From IMG/VR virus record IMGVR_UViG_3300035696_001272: 61,399 nucleotides of DNA; one strand, written 5' to 3'. How positions within the stretch are numbered: position 1 is the stretch's first letter; the number at the start of each line of letters is the position of its first letter. This document shows positions 17,076 to 26,554 of this stretch, in pieces. A model generated the notes under the pieces. The model did no database searches. It had not been told where the DNA came from and was given only the letters and a program-made list of their open reading frames with translations. Source of the stretch: a virus (lineage: Duplodnaviria; Heunggongvirae; Uroviricota; Caudoviricetes). Position numbers and translations under genes: made by a program.

Positions 17076-18026
17076 ATGACTGAGCTTGATAAAAAGGTTG
17101 ATGAACTCTTGGTCACTATGTGTCCAAGTTTCACTCACTTCAATCGTTTTGCTCATGATGATAGAGTAAGTGGCATTCGTTTCAACAGTGCAATGATTAC
17201 TCTAGACGAATTAGACAGGGAACTTGATCTGTTGGCAAAAAATCCACCAGATGTTCCTGTCTACTATGATGTTAAGAGCCGACAGATGAGAATCATTGAG
17301 GTGGGAACTCAGGACGGCAATCTGGTGTTGACACTCAACCACCCCATTGCTGTAGATACTCCATGTGTTGTGCTTTTCAAAGCAGGTGCAGATGTGGCTT
17401 TACTGAACCGTATTGAGAACGGTAACCGCTTGGTTTTCAAGGGTGGCCCCACATATAAACTTGTTCCAGGTGAATCCTTACACATTAGGGATAAGAGCTT
17501 TAGAAATCTTCGTGGAGAGACCCGTGAGGACAACGTCTTTACGCCACTGGAACAAAAGAAGATTGAGAAAGTCAAGGCGGCTGGTTTCAATAAATTCTTT
17601 CTCTCTTATGTAGAGAAGCAATCAGACGTAGATATCTTCCAAGAAATGGTTGGCAAGGATGCAGAAATCTGGTTAAAGATTGAAAGCATTCCTGGAATGC
17701 AATACGTTCAAGAGCATTTCAAAAAGAGGGATAATTTGGTATTGGTAGCAGCTCGTGGAGACTTATTTGTGGAGCTTGAGCAGCCCCACCATATGATTGA
17801 GGCGTTACGCCAAATTATACAAAAAGATCCAGAAGCCTGTGTTGGTTCACGCCTTCTTCTATCTGTTATAGATAGCCCTGTGCCATCTTGCTCAGATCTA
17901 TTAGAGATCTCATGGTTGCACGATGTCGGGTATCGTCGCATGATGTTGTGTGACGAAATCTGTCTGAAGGAGAACCTTTTAGCAAGCGCCGTGGCCGTAT
18001 TCGACGGCATCAAGCGCGATTTGTGA
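17076..18026 (+). CDS. pyruvate kinase-like protein lacking the C-terminal domain
   Basis: IRFNS, LSYVE, KIES, AARGDLFVE correspond to PK barrel motifs. Confidence 0.75.
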   Translation: MTELDKKVDELLVTMCPSFTHFNRFAHDDRVSGIRFNSAMITLDELDRELDLLAKNPPDVPVYYDVKSRQMRIIEVGTQDGNLVLTLNHPIAVDTPCVVLFKAGADVALLNRIENGNRLVFKGGPTYKLVPGESLHIRDKSFRNLRGETREDNVFTPLEQKKIEKVKAAGFNKFFLSYVEKQSDVDIFQEMVGKDAEIWLKIESIPGMQYVQEHFKKRDNLVLVAARGDLFVELEQPHHMIEALRQIIQKDPEACVGSRLLLSVIDSPVPSCSDLLEISWLHDVGYRRMMLCDEICLKENLLASAVAVFDGIKRDL

Positions 18027-18033
18027 GTTAGTT

Positions 18034-20118
18034 ATGAAAACAGTTAGCATTGAGAGATATCGTAATATAGGAATCATGGCGCACATTGACGCCGGTAAGA
18101 CCACTGTATCCGAGCGTATTCTCTTCTATGCTGGTCGCATCCACGTCATGGGTGAAGTCCATGACGGGGATACCATTATGGATGATGACCCCCGCGAACG
18201 CGCTCGTGGTATAACTATCAACTCAGCCGCCACTACTGTCTATTGGCCACCTGAATCCGTTAGCCTTAATACTCATCGTATTAATCTAATCGATACTCCT
18301 GGTCACATTGACTTCACTGTAGAAGTGGAAAGGTCTCTTCGTGTCCTAGACGGAGCTGTCTGCGTATTGGACGGTTCCCAAGGCGTAGAACCTCAGACTG
18401 AACAGGTATGGCGTCAAGCCGATCGTTATAATGTAGCCCGCATCTGCTTCATCAACAAGATGGATAAGGCTGGCGCTAACTTCCAAATGTCATTGGACTC
18501 TATCAAAGAGAAACTGGGTGTCCACGCTGTTCCCATTCAATTGCCATTGGGCGAAGAGGAACAGTTCAAAGGTATTATTGATCTCATCAATATGAGGCTC
18601 ATTACTTTTGATGACACTTCAAAGGGTAAAAAGTTCAATCTAACTTCAATTCCCGAAGACATGTTGGCCACGGCCCAAAAGGCTCGTGACAATATGATTG
18701 AAGCCCTAGCAGATGTTAGTGATGCTATCCTAGAGAAATTCCTGGCTGGTGATCTGTCCAAAGTCTCGATTGATGAGATTCAGGCAGCTCTCCGTAAGGG
18801 AACCATCTCGCGCACTCTGTTCCCTGTTCTTTGTGGCTCTGCCCTTAAGAACAAGGGAGTTCAGATGCTCTTGGATGCAGTACTGGCTTATCTACCAGCT
18901 CCAACTGACTTGCCTGCTGTTACTGGTGTTCATCCTCGTGATGGCAATGCGCTTACTCGTAAGCTGCAAGATGATGAACCCTTGTCGGCTTTAGCCTTCA
19001 AGATTGTCAGCGAGAAGACTGGTAACCTAACTTTCATTCGAGTTTACTCAGGCGTTCTCCGTTCTGGTAGTTACGTGTACAATGCTACACGTGATGAAAC
19101 AGAACGAGTCTCTAGACTTATGCTTATGCATGCTGGAGACAGGGAGAACATTGATGTAGCCACTGCTGGCACTATTGTGGCAGCTATGGGCTTGAAGTCC
19201 AGCTACACTGGAGACTCACTTTGTGATCAAAAGAACCCCATTCTTCTAGAAAAGATGGAGTTTCCCGATCCTGTTGTGGAACTTTCAGTGGAGCCCAAGA
19301 CTCAAGAAGACTTGGACAAGTTGGCCATTGGTCTACAGAAAATGCTGCTTGAAGACCCGTCTCTCAAGTCCTACACTGATCCAGACACCTCTCAAACTAT
19401 TTTGAAGGGTATGGGTGAGTTACATCTTGAGATCGTTGTTGACAAGCTTCGTACCAACCACAACGTCAATGTTAACACTGGTCAGCCTCGCGTGTCTTAT
19501 CGTGAGACTATTACCAAGGTTGGCTTTGGAAATCATAAGCACCAAGCCCAAAATGGTGGTAAAGGTGTCTATGGTCACGTGGTCTTGGATGTCAAACCAG
19601 GCGAAAGAGGTTCTGGCTTTGTCTTCAAGTCTGAAGTGGTTGGTGGTTCTATTCCAAAGGAATTCATCTCCTCTGTTGAAAAAGGTATCAAAAATACCAT
19701 GCAACGAGGAGTTATTTCCGGCAACCCAATGGTTGATGTGGAAGTAACTGTCACTGATGGTAGCACACATTCAGTTGATGGATGCGCTTTGGGATTTGAA
19801 TTGGCAGGCTCTAAAGCCTTCCAAGAAGCCGTCAAGGCAGCCAAGCCAGTTATCTTAGAACCTCTCATGGCAGTAGAGGTAGTGACTCCGGAAGATTATT
19901 TGGGACCAATTATTGGCACCATTAGTGCTCGTAGCGGTCAACTTCGCAATCAATCTTCACGAGGTAATGCTCGTGTGGTTGAGGCATTGGTGCCGTTGCG
20001 CAATCTCTTTGGATTTACCACAGAGCTTCGAGGACAATCGCAAGGTCGTGCTCAAGGCTCTATGAAGTTTTCTCATTATGAGATTAGTTCTCTTAAGCCA
20101 GAGGAAATTAAAGATTGA
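18034..20118 (+). CDS. fusA: elongation factor G
   Basis: AHIDAGKTT, RGITI, DTPGHIDF, NKMD, GSAL, GMGELHLEI; 694 aa with domains I-V. Confidence 0.96.
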   Translation: MKTVSIERYRNIGIMAHIDAGKTTVSERILFYAGRIHVMGEVHDGDTIMDDDPRERARGITINSAATTVYWPPESVSLNTHRINLIDTPGHIDFTVEVERSLRVLDGAVCVLDGSQGVEPQTEQVWRQADRYNVARICFINKMDKAGANFQMSLDSIKEKLGVHAVPIQLPLGEEEQFKGIIDLINMRLITFDDTSKGKKFNLTSIPEDMLATAQKARDNMIEALADVSDAILEKFLAGDLSKVSIDEIQAALRKGTISRTLFPVLCGSALKNKGVQMLLDAVLAYLPAPTDLPAVTGVHPRDGNALTRKLQDDEPLSALAFKIVSEKTGNLTFIRVYSGVLRSGSYVYNATRDETERVSRLMLMHAGDRENIDVATAGTIVAAMGLKSSYTGDSLCDQKNPILLEKMEFPDPVVELSVEPKTQEDLDKLAIGLQKMLLEDPSLKSYTDPDTSQTILKGMGELHLEIVVDKLRTNHNVNVNTGQPRVSYRETITKVGFGNHKHQAQNGGKGVYGHVVLDVKPGERGSGFVFKSEVVGGSIPKEFISSVEKGIKNTMQRGVISGNPMVDVEVTVTDGSTHSVDGCALGFELAGSKAFQEAVKAAKPVILEPLMAVEVVTPEDYLGPIIGTISARSGQLRNQSSRGNARVVEALVPLRNLFGFTTELRGQSQGRAQGSMKFSHYEISSLKPEEIKD

Positions 20119-20121
20119 ATA

Positions 20122-20152
20122 GGGGGTCGGTTTATACCGACCCTTTATTTTT
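20122..20152 (+). terminator. intrinsic terminator
   Basis: GGGTCGG/CCGACCC hairpin then TTTATTTTT. Confidence 0.75.
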
Positions 20153-20164
20153 GAAGGCTGTAAT

Positions 20165-20857
20165 ATGAAAGAATTTTTAGATACTTTATACAAAGCTTGT
20201 GTTGCTCCCAATGACGATAGCATGGGCTTAATTTTCGATGTTCTTCCTAAATTAGGTGGTCAGAGGAAGTTTGATGTTATGAATCAACTTTTAGTTGATA
20301 TTGACATTAGTAGGCTAGACACTTCTGCCATGTATGGAATAGTTCATTGTATCAGCCATTACATTAATCAGCTGCCACAATATAGGACTTTTTATCAAAA
20401 TGTAAGGGAAGAATTTGCTCGTCGTGGTGAACCATCTGCTCGGATTAAGGATCTCTTTGATCGGTACGAGAATGGTTGGAGAGGTGATTTGTATGATCCC
20501 AACAAGCCACCTTATAAGTCGCCTGATGAAAAATTTGAAGAGACTTTGGAAGCTAAGATTGCTTGGGCCCAAGAGATAGGCGACAAGGACTTGGTTGATA
20601 TGCTGACCTACTATCGCTCATATAGGTTAGGCTCTCAGGAACGTGACCGAAAGTTCCAGAAGATGAGAATGGATATGGGCGATGAAGAATTGCGTAAGCG
20701 AACCGTTGAATCTCTCAGAGAGGTCGCAGACAAATTAGATAAAAGTGCTGGCAGTTGGCCAGGTATTTACTATTGTGATTTGCCAGAAGATCCACTCATG
20801 AAAAACACTTTCATCGATGGTATCACCGTTGTAATCTCTTACCCTTGGCCAGGATAA
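20165..20857 (+). CDS. hypothetical protein
   Basis: 230-aa ORF. Confidence 0.75.
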   Translation: MKEFLDTLYKACVAPNDDSMGLIFDVLPKLGGQRKFDVMNQLLVDIDISRLDTSAMYGIVHCISHYINQLPQYRTFYQNVREEFARRGEPSARIKDLFDRYENGWRGDLYDPNKPPYKSPDEKFEETLEAKIAWAQEIGDKDLVDMLTYYRSYRLGSQERDRKFQKMRMDMGDEELRKRTVESLREVADKLDKSAGSWPGIYYCDLPEDPLMKNTFIDGITVVISYPWPG

Positions 20858-21279
20858 TGAACAATAGCTCTGCCCTTCTAATTTTGTGTGTTTTCATTTG
20901 GGGACTGACAACTTTCATGCAAAAGCTGTCAGCTGATAAGATGTCCCCAATGCTCATGCAAATTATTATTGGCATTGCCTTCTTTATTGCTACACCTTTT
21001 ATCATTAGACTTCAAGGTGGAATTGGTAATCTCAAATGGAATGCTGTCAGCGTTGCTTTGACTTTTGGAGCAGCTTTCTTATCCATTACCGCCAATATAA
21101 TAATGTATACGGCATTGAGCAATAACAAACATACTGGCGCTTCAGCTATGTTGATATCGCTCTATCCAGCGGTAACATTAATCTTATCTGCCATTTTCCT
21201 CCACGAGCAATTCTCGTTCGGTAAGATTGTAGGATTCTTAGTTATGGTTGGAGGGGCTTGCCTCCTGACCTTTTGTTAA
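20857..21279 (+). CDS. EamA/DMT family single-domain transporter
   Basis: Five TM segments, SLYPAVTLILSAIFLHE. Confidence 0.85.
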   Translation: MNNSSALLILCVFIWGLTTFMQKLSADKMSPMLMQIIIGIAFFIATPFIIRLQGGIGNLKWNAVSVALTFGAAFLSITANIIMYTALSNNKHTGASAMLISLYPAVTLILSAIFLHEQFSFGKIVGFLVMVGGACLLTFC

Positions 21280-21515
21280 TGCGTAATGTTATGTTGAAAG
21301 CCGCATTTTACAAAGCATGGATAGGCGAAGATGGGCCTGCCTTTAATGAAGATAGAAGTCGTTGGGAAGTTTGGGATGATAATGTTCATTTAATGACCAT
21401 CTCTGTCGAAGAAATCAAACGAAGTAATCCAATTACCAATTATAAATTAATAGCTACCAAAGAATTTGGAGAGGCCCTTTTAGAAAGAGTTAAAAAGAAT
21501 AAAGCCTTTATCTAA
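21279..21515 (+). CDS. hypothetical protein
   Basis: TAATG coupling, 78 aa. Confidence 0.55.
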   Translation: MRNVMLKAAFYKAWIGEDGPAFNEDRSRWEVWDDNVHLMTISVEEIKRSNPITNYKLIATKEFGEALLERVKKNKAFI

Positions 21516-21851
21516 TTACTTTTTCTTTTTCTTGGACTTTTTCTTTGGTTTGCCGCCCATCTTACGATAGACATCATAGACTACGGCCCAAGGCTCATCG
21601 TACTTTTTCCAGTACTTCTTGACGGCTTTCTTGGCCTTATTCCAAGTTTTTTCGCTAGCAATGGCGCCCGGTGGATTATGAGGCTTAAACTCAGGGTCAG
21701 TACCGTTCTGTTTGATTAGCCATTTCTCTCCAGCAGAAATCCAATTGAGATCATCAGCTTTAACGTCTTCCGGAGCATTCTCCTCGAAATGACGTTCAGC
21801 GATTTTGATGTTGAAATCTTCTGCTAATTCAGCTACTTTTGCAAAGCTCAT
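21516..21851 (-). CDS. hypothetical protein with Lys-rich tail
   Basis: 111 aa on the minus strand; ends KKMGGKPKKKSKKKKK-like basic run. Confidence 0.75.
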   Translation of the reverse strand: MSFAKVAELAEDFNIKIAERHFEENAPEDVKADDLNWISAGEKWLIKQNGTDPEFKPHNPPGAIASEKTWNKAKKAVKKYWKKYDEPWAVVYDVYRKMGGKPKKKSKKKKK

Positions 21852-21873
21852 ATCTTAATGTAAGGATAGTAAT

Positions 21874-22530
21874 ATGTTAGATAAACCTATGATTATAGGC
21901 TGTGATGAGGTCGGTTACGGCTGTTTAGCCGGTCCATTGGTTGTGGCAGGTGTCAGGGCTCCCAAAGATTGGGCGCTAGAGGGCCTAAACGATTCTAAGA
22001 AATTGTCCGCCAAGAAACGTGAGGTCATGCGCGGTAAGCTCCACAAGCTCATCCAAGATAAGGTTATAACTTGGCACCTGGCTGAACGAAGCAACATCAT
22101 CATTGACAAACATGGAGTAGCGGTAGCTCTCAAGGATGCCTATGTAGAAGTTTTCCACGCTTTGTATCAGCCAGATTCTTTGATTATTAGCGATGGAATT
22201 TTAAAATTTGACAGCCTGGGCGTGGATGATTATGATAAGATGTCCGTCATCAAAGCCGACACCAAGTTCCCAACGGTAATGGCTGCTTCTATTTTAGCCA
22301 AGACATATCGTGATGAGAAGATGCACAAGCTCCATCAGGACTATCCTAATTATGGTTGGGACTCAAATGTAGGTTATGGCTCTAAGGATCACCTTGAGGC
22401 CATCGTGAAACATGGTCCTTGTTCATTACACCGATTCTCTTATGCCCCTATAAAGAATATGAAGTTGGCCGACACGAGGCAGCTAGGACTTCCCTTATTG
22501 GAAGATTATCTCAATGGAAAACCTGTATAA
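21874..22530 (+). CDS. rnhB: ribonuclease HII
   Basis: GCDEVGYGCLAGP, DSKKL, AASILAK, GYG, HR. Confidence 0.93.
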   Translation: MLDKPMIIGCDEVGYGCLAGPLVVAGVRAPKDWALEGLNDSKKLSAKKREVMRGKLHKLIQDKVITWHLAERSNIIIDKHGVAVALKDAYVEVFHALYQPDSLIISDGILKFDSLGVDDYDKMSVIKADTKFPTVMAASILAKTYRDEKMHKLHQDYPNYGWDSNVGYGSKDHLEAIVKHGPCSLHRFSYAPIKNMKLADTRQLGLPLLEDYLNGKPV

Positions 22531-23221
22531 TGTCAATGGACTTATCTTTTGGTCCGAAGAGGAAATTCGCTTGCGCGAAATGCTAAAGAACCATTTTGTA
22601 GCTGCAGTTTCCAATAATCTAAAGACTCAGAACCGAGGGTTTGAAATTATCCAGGTAGAAGCTCCTTTACTTACGCCTCATGAGTTTATTAACTCAAACT
22701 ATTCTGGACGAGATACATTTGGGTTGGATGAGGAAAACGAGATGGCAACTCATTGTCAATTTGTTTTACGTCCCGAGACAACGATGGGAACTTACAAGGC
22801 CATTGAGCATCTGCTTAGTAATTACAATGAACGTAAGGTTAAGCTACCAGCATGTGTTTGGCAACACGGAAAGAGCTTTAGGCGTGAGCAAGATCAGCCC
22901 ACCAAGTTTATGAGATTAAAGGAATTTTACCAGCTAGAGTTCCAGATTGCTTACAGTCCAACCACCGCTAACGATTATTCAATTAGTTTGATCCCGGCAG
23001 TGCAACAAGCTATTTCAGAAATGATCGGACCATGTCACGTGGAAGCAAGTGATCGATTGCCTGATTACTCTGAAATTACTGTGGATATAATATGCGACAA
23101 GACTAAGATGGAAGTTTGTTCCATTTCCAAGAGGAAAGACTTCCCACTTGCCAAAATTCTGGAAGTGGCTATTGGAACTGACCGCTGTGTATTTAATTTT
23201 CTAAATAAAGGACAACAATGA
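22514..23221 (+). CDS. minimal class II aminoacyl-tRNA synthetase core, GlyRS (alpha2)-like
   Basis: LRPET, GKSFRRE...RLKEFYQLE (motif 2), EVAIGTDR (motif 3); only 235 aa, no anticodon-binding domain. Confidence 0.75.
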   Translation: MENLYNVNGLIFWSEEEIRLREMLKNHFVAAVSNNLKTQNRGFEIIQVEAPLLTPHEFINSNYSGRDTFGLDEENEMATHCQFVLRPETTMGTYKAIEHLLSNYNERKVKLPACVWQHGKSFRREQDQPTKFMRLKEFYQLEFQIAYSPTTANDYSISLIPAVQQAISEMIGPCHVEASDRLPDYSEITVDIICDKTKMEVCSISKRKDFPLAKILEVAIGTDRCVFNFLNKGQQ

Positions 23222-23505
23222 AAAAGGATTTTGCTCAACTCATTAAGGAAATGCGAACGGCGCTTCGCCCCGAATTTCACTCAATCATTGCTTCGGACGG
23301 CAGCCAATTGACTTCTGAGCAATTAAGCCAATCTCTTATGGATTTGGAAACTAAAACTAACCAAATGATTGTTGATAATGGTTATACCAAACCAGAATTT
23401 GATCAGCTATGTAGAGAGCACTTCATGGACTTCTCTTCTAATAATCCAGATGAGTGGGTTATTAAACATGATCCTGAGAACGCTCAGATTATCTCTGGTA
23501 ATTAA
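23218..23505 (+). CDS. hypothetical protein
   Basis: 95 aa, ATGA coupling. Confidence 0.7.
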   Translation: MKKDFAQLIKEMRTALRPEFHSIIASDGSQLTSEQLSQSLMDLETKTNQMIVDNGYTKPEFDQLCREHFMDFSSNNPDEWVIKHDPENAQIISGN

Positions 23506-23538
23506 TCTATTAATAAGTTGATATATACAAATCAACAT

Positions 23539-23613
23539 CCTGGTGTAGCTCATTGGATGAGCGGCCGTTTCATACGCGGTACTGAGTGGGTTCGATTCCC
23601 ACCACCAGGACCA
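23539..23613 (+). tRNA. tRNA-Met(CAT), elongator Met or Ile2
   Basis: Paired C1:G72, loop TT-CAT-AC, CCA. Confidence 0.9.
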
Positions 23614-23615
23614 AA

Positions 23616-24002
23616 TTAGTATTGTAAAGTCACAGTGAAGTTATTGTAATCAATATACTCGCCATTTCTCTTATAAGGGTATATCTCAATATATTTTTCT
23701 AAGAAAGCTTTGATTTGCTCAGGGAGTGGCGCATACTTAGGTTCTAAATCAGGTGGATTAACGTTTGGTACTGAAACAGTGATAGTGTTACCATCTCTGG
23801 TTACGTTAATGTTCATAGTTGCCTGATCCTCTGCCAACATCTTTCTAAATGGAATGATGCCATAATGAGGACTGGTGGATGCATTACCTACATTGATTTC
23901 AAGGTCTCGTTTGATTTCATCTCTATAGGCTGAAGCGTCTATGGCGTACTTGTTCCTCAAGTAAGTGGCAGTTTTGAAGAGATTCTGGTAAGCTTTTTTC
24001 AT
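23616..24002 (-). CDS. hypothetical protein
   Basis: 128-aa minus-strand ORF between tRNAs. Confidence 0.7.
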   Translation of the reverse strand: MKKAYQNLFKTATYLRNKYAIDASAYRDEIKRDLEINVGNASTSPHYGIIPFRKMLAEDQATMNINVTRDGNTITVSVPNVNPPDLEPKYAPLPEQIKAFLEKYIEIYPYKRNGEYIDYNNFTVTLQY

Positions 24003-24035
24003 AAATGATATATGAATTTAGCCGTATATATGTAT

Positions 24036-24110
24036 CGGTGCTTAACTCAGCGGTAGAGTGCTAGCCTTACAAGCTGGAAGTCGAGGGTTCGAATCCCCCA
24101 GCACCGACCA
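24036..24110 (+). tRNA. tRNA-Val(TAC)
   Basis: Loop CT-TAC-AA, CCA. Confidence 0.94.
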
Positions 24111-24113
24111 TGT

Positions 24114-24187
24114 GGGAACTTAGTTCAATGGTAGAATGTCGGTTTTACATTCCGATGACACGGGTTCGATTCCCCTAGTTCCTACCA
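24114..24187 (+). tRNA. tRNA-Val(TAC), second copy
   Basis: Loop TT-TAC-AT, T:T at the base of the anticodon stem, CCA. Confidence 0.88.
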
Positions 24188-24192
24188 ACCAT

Positions 24193-24266
24193 GGGGGCTT
24201 AACTCAATGGTAGAGTGCTTGCTTGACTCGCAAGATACATGGGTTCGATTCCCTTAGCCCCTACCA
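24193..24266 (+). tRNA. tRNA-Val(GAC)
   Basis: CTTGC-TTGACTC-GCAAG (pyrimidine at 37), CCA. Confidence 0.88.
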
Positions 24267-24307
24267 GCCACAATATGTGGTTATTTTGAATTACAAGGAA
24301 GAATATT

Positions 24308-24511
24308 ATGAAGAAGTTTATCGTTGCAATTTTAGCTCTTGCCGCAGTCGTCGCCATTCTTGCTCCAAGCCAACCAGCTCAAGCTCAAGTTATTTATGGT
24401 AACTACTGTTGCGACGGTTTCGGCGTTCGTCGTTGTGTGTTAGTCAATCCTTTGCCAGTTGGCGCAGGTTGTTTCTGTGTCGGCCAAGGCTCTGGTTCTG
24501 TTTGCCTCTAA
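24308..24511 (+). CDS. secreted Cys-rich miniprotein
   Basis: Signal peptide ending AQA; 41-aa mature part with six Cys (CC, C, CxC, C). Confidence 0.75.
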   Translation: MKKFIVAILALAAVVAILAPSQPAQAQVIYGNYCCDGFGVRRCVLVNPLPVGAGCFCVGQGSGSVCL

Positions 24512-24521
24512 TGGAGATCGA

Positions 24522-24734
24522 ATGAGCAGCACTGAAAATTTTGACGGTTTATGTGGCATCATTGCCAACTTTGCTTCGTCCAAGAATCAGATTCGCTGCC
24601 ATTACGAGTTTGGGCATTATGGCCCGTGCTCGTTTGAAAAACTCAAACGCCACTTCAGGATTACGGTTGGGGCCATTTGCTCCCCCGATCCTGAACGTGG
24701 ATTTATTGATTCTGTTCTTTCACACATAAAATAA
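24522..24734 (+). CDS. hypothetical protein
   Basis: GGAG SD, ATG 24522. Confidence 0.55.
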   Translation: MSSTENFDGLCGIIANFASSKNQIRCHYEFGHYGPCSFEKLKRHFRITVGAICSPDPERGFIDSVLSHIK

Positions 24735-24759
24735 TTATAGAACGAATCATCGGAGAGAC

Positions 24760-25050
24760 ATGATTGATGAGAATAAATTTTGGGAATTGATTAATAAGTG
24801 GGAGTTTGATACAAGACATTCGTCAGAAGCTCGTGACATTCTTGGTCACCCCTCAGTAAGTGAAGTGATTCAGATGGGTCACGAAGTAATTCCACTAGTA
24901 CTAAGAGCTTTGAAAGAAAATTTCCATCTTGCTTTTGCTTTACATAAGTTAACTGGTGAATGGCCAGTTAAAGATGAATACGCTGGTAATGATGAAAAGA
25001 TTATTGATTGTTGGATGAAGTGGGCGCGAAAACGCGGATATCAAGTATGA
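24760..25050 (+). CDS. hypothetical protein
   Basis: GGAG SD, 96 aa. Confidence 0.7.
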   Translation: MIDENKFWELINKWEFDTRHSSEARDILGHPSVSEVIQMGHEVIPLVLRALKENFHLAFALHKLTGEWPVKDEYAGNDEKIIDCWMKWARKRGYQV

Positions 25051-25343
25051 AAACGGCTTATCCGCCAGATAAAGATACACCGATAGTGGATGGTATGCCA
25101 ACAGTTGGTTGGGGCCCATTTCGTTGTCAGTGGTATTCATTTTGTTCGGCTCACCAGAGATTTGATGTTAGTTGTTCACGATGCAGGGCGGGAAGCTGGC
25201 ATAACTGTTGGAGTCATGAAGTAGGGCATTTCATTTATGAGAATGATCCTACCCTTTGGCGTTGGTGGGCTAATCGACCAGAACTAATGGCATCATTCAG
25301 AAACTTAATTGAATCAGCCTTCAAAAACAAAAATGCGAAGTGA
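25047..25343 (+). CDS. hypothetical protein
   Basis: ATGA coupling at 25047. Confidence 0.6.
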   Translation: MKTAYPPDKDTPIVDGMPTVGWGPFRCQWYSFCSAHQRFDVSCSRCRAGSWHNCWSHEVGHFIYENDPTLWRWWANRPELMASFRNLIESAFKNKNAK

Positions 25344-25392
25344 TTTTTAGTCACTCCGCATTTACGTTTGATTCAATTAAGAAGATTAGTTA

Positions 25393-26346
25393 TTAGAGCT
25401 GAGTCCAGGTAGTTCCGTTCCAAGACCAGGTTTGGTTGGAAGGATAGTTGGTGGTTGCGCTTTGTCCACCGAACAAAAGAACTGTACCAGTTTGAGAGTC
25501 CCAACACATTTGGGTCCAAACCAATCCAGCTGGATAGTTGGTTGGATTCTGTTGTGTCCAGGTAGTACCGTTGAAGATCCAGGTCTCTGGAAGATAATTG
25601 TAGTAGTTCTTACCACCGAACATTACCCAAACGTTGTGAGTTTGATCGTAAGCCATAGAAGCGCCAGTTCTCACGGATGGTGAGGTTGCTGGGCTCAATT
25701 GACTCCAGTTTGTACCGTTGAAGGTCCAAGTGTCATTGTACATCGCATTGCCTGGAGCGTTTTGGCCACCAAACATTACTAAGTAAGAAGTTCCACCATC
25801 CATACAGTGACCAACTCTACCAGCAGGGGTTGCAGAAGTACCACCAGAAGAATCTAGTGTCCATACCTTAGTGCTGCCGTTCCAGTCCCAAGTCTCAGTT
25901 ATGATCTGACCATTACCAGCTCCACCGAAACCTCCGAACATAACAACGTGTCCAGAGCTAATGGTTAATTGGCAAGCTTCGGCAAGATAACGACCGAATG
26001 GTGGGTTAGCTGGGGATTGTTGAGTCCAAGCAGTACCATTCCAAGTCCAAGTATCTTCCAAAACTCCACCAGTAGAAGAACTAGACTGACCACCAAATAA
26101 CATGACGTTAGTTCCATCATAAGCCATGACGGAGTTGATACGTCCTGGTAGTGGGCCATTTGGATCAATTGACATGGCATTAGGGGATTGGCTGGCCCAG
26201 TCTGTACCGTTCCAAGTCCAAGTTTGGTTTAAATAGCTAGAAACACTTGGATATGAACCCGGATCTAGAAGAACGGTCTTCTGAGATGCGGTTGGTAGAC
26301 GAACCATACCAGAGTTTGAGCAACGAAGCGGTGAGTGAGTAGTCAT
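25393..26346 (-). CDS. Kelch-like beta-propeller protein
   Basis: Repeats of LFGG...TWTWNGTxW; GAGG SD on the minus strand. Confidence 0.9.
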   Translation of the reverse strand: MTTHSPLRCSNSGMVRLPTASQKTVLLDPGSYPSVSSYLNQTWTWNGTDWASQSPNAMSIDPNGPLPGRINSVMAYDGTNVMLFGGQSSSSTGGVLEDTWTWNGTAWTQQSPANPPFGRYLAEACQLTISSGHVVMFGGFGGAGNGQIITETWDWNGSTKVWTLDSSGGTSATPAGRVGHCMDGGTSYLVMFGGQNAPGNAMYNDTWTFNGTNWSQLSPATSPSVRTGASMAYDQTHNVWVMFGGKNYYNYLPETWIFNGTTWTQQNPTNYPAGLVWTQMCWDSQTGTVLLFGGQSATTNYPSNQTWSWNGTTWTQL

Positions 26347-26441
26347 ATTTTCCTCATTAAGTGAATCAAAACTTTATAAGCTTAATTGTATGACAGATAA
26401 GTAGTAGAATATTTCCCTGTTATTTTGCACATTATTTGGTC

Positions 26442-26469
26442 TTGACATCCGGGCATAAAGCGATATATT
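26442..26469 (+). promoter_or_regulatory. sigma70-like promoter for the tRNA-Gly cluster
   Basis: TTGACA-N16-TATATT. Confidence 0.7.
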
Positions 26470-26479
26470 AAAGAGATAC

Positions 26480-26554
26480 GCGGGTATGGTATAGGGGTTG
26501 TGCCCAAGCCTTCCAAGCTTGAGAGGACCGGTTCGATTCCGGCTACCCGCTCCA
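26480..26554 (+). tRNA. tRNA-Gly(TCC)
   Basis: GCGGGTA/TACCCGC, U73, loop CT-TCC-AA. Confidence 0.93.
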
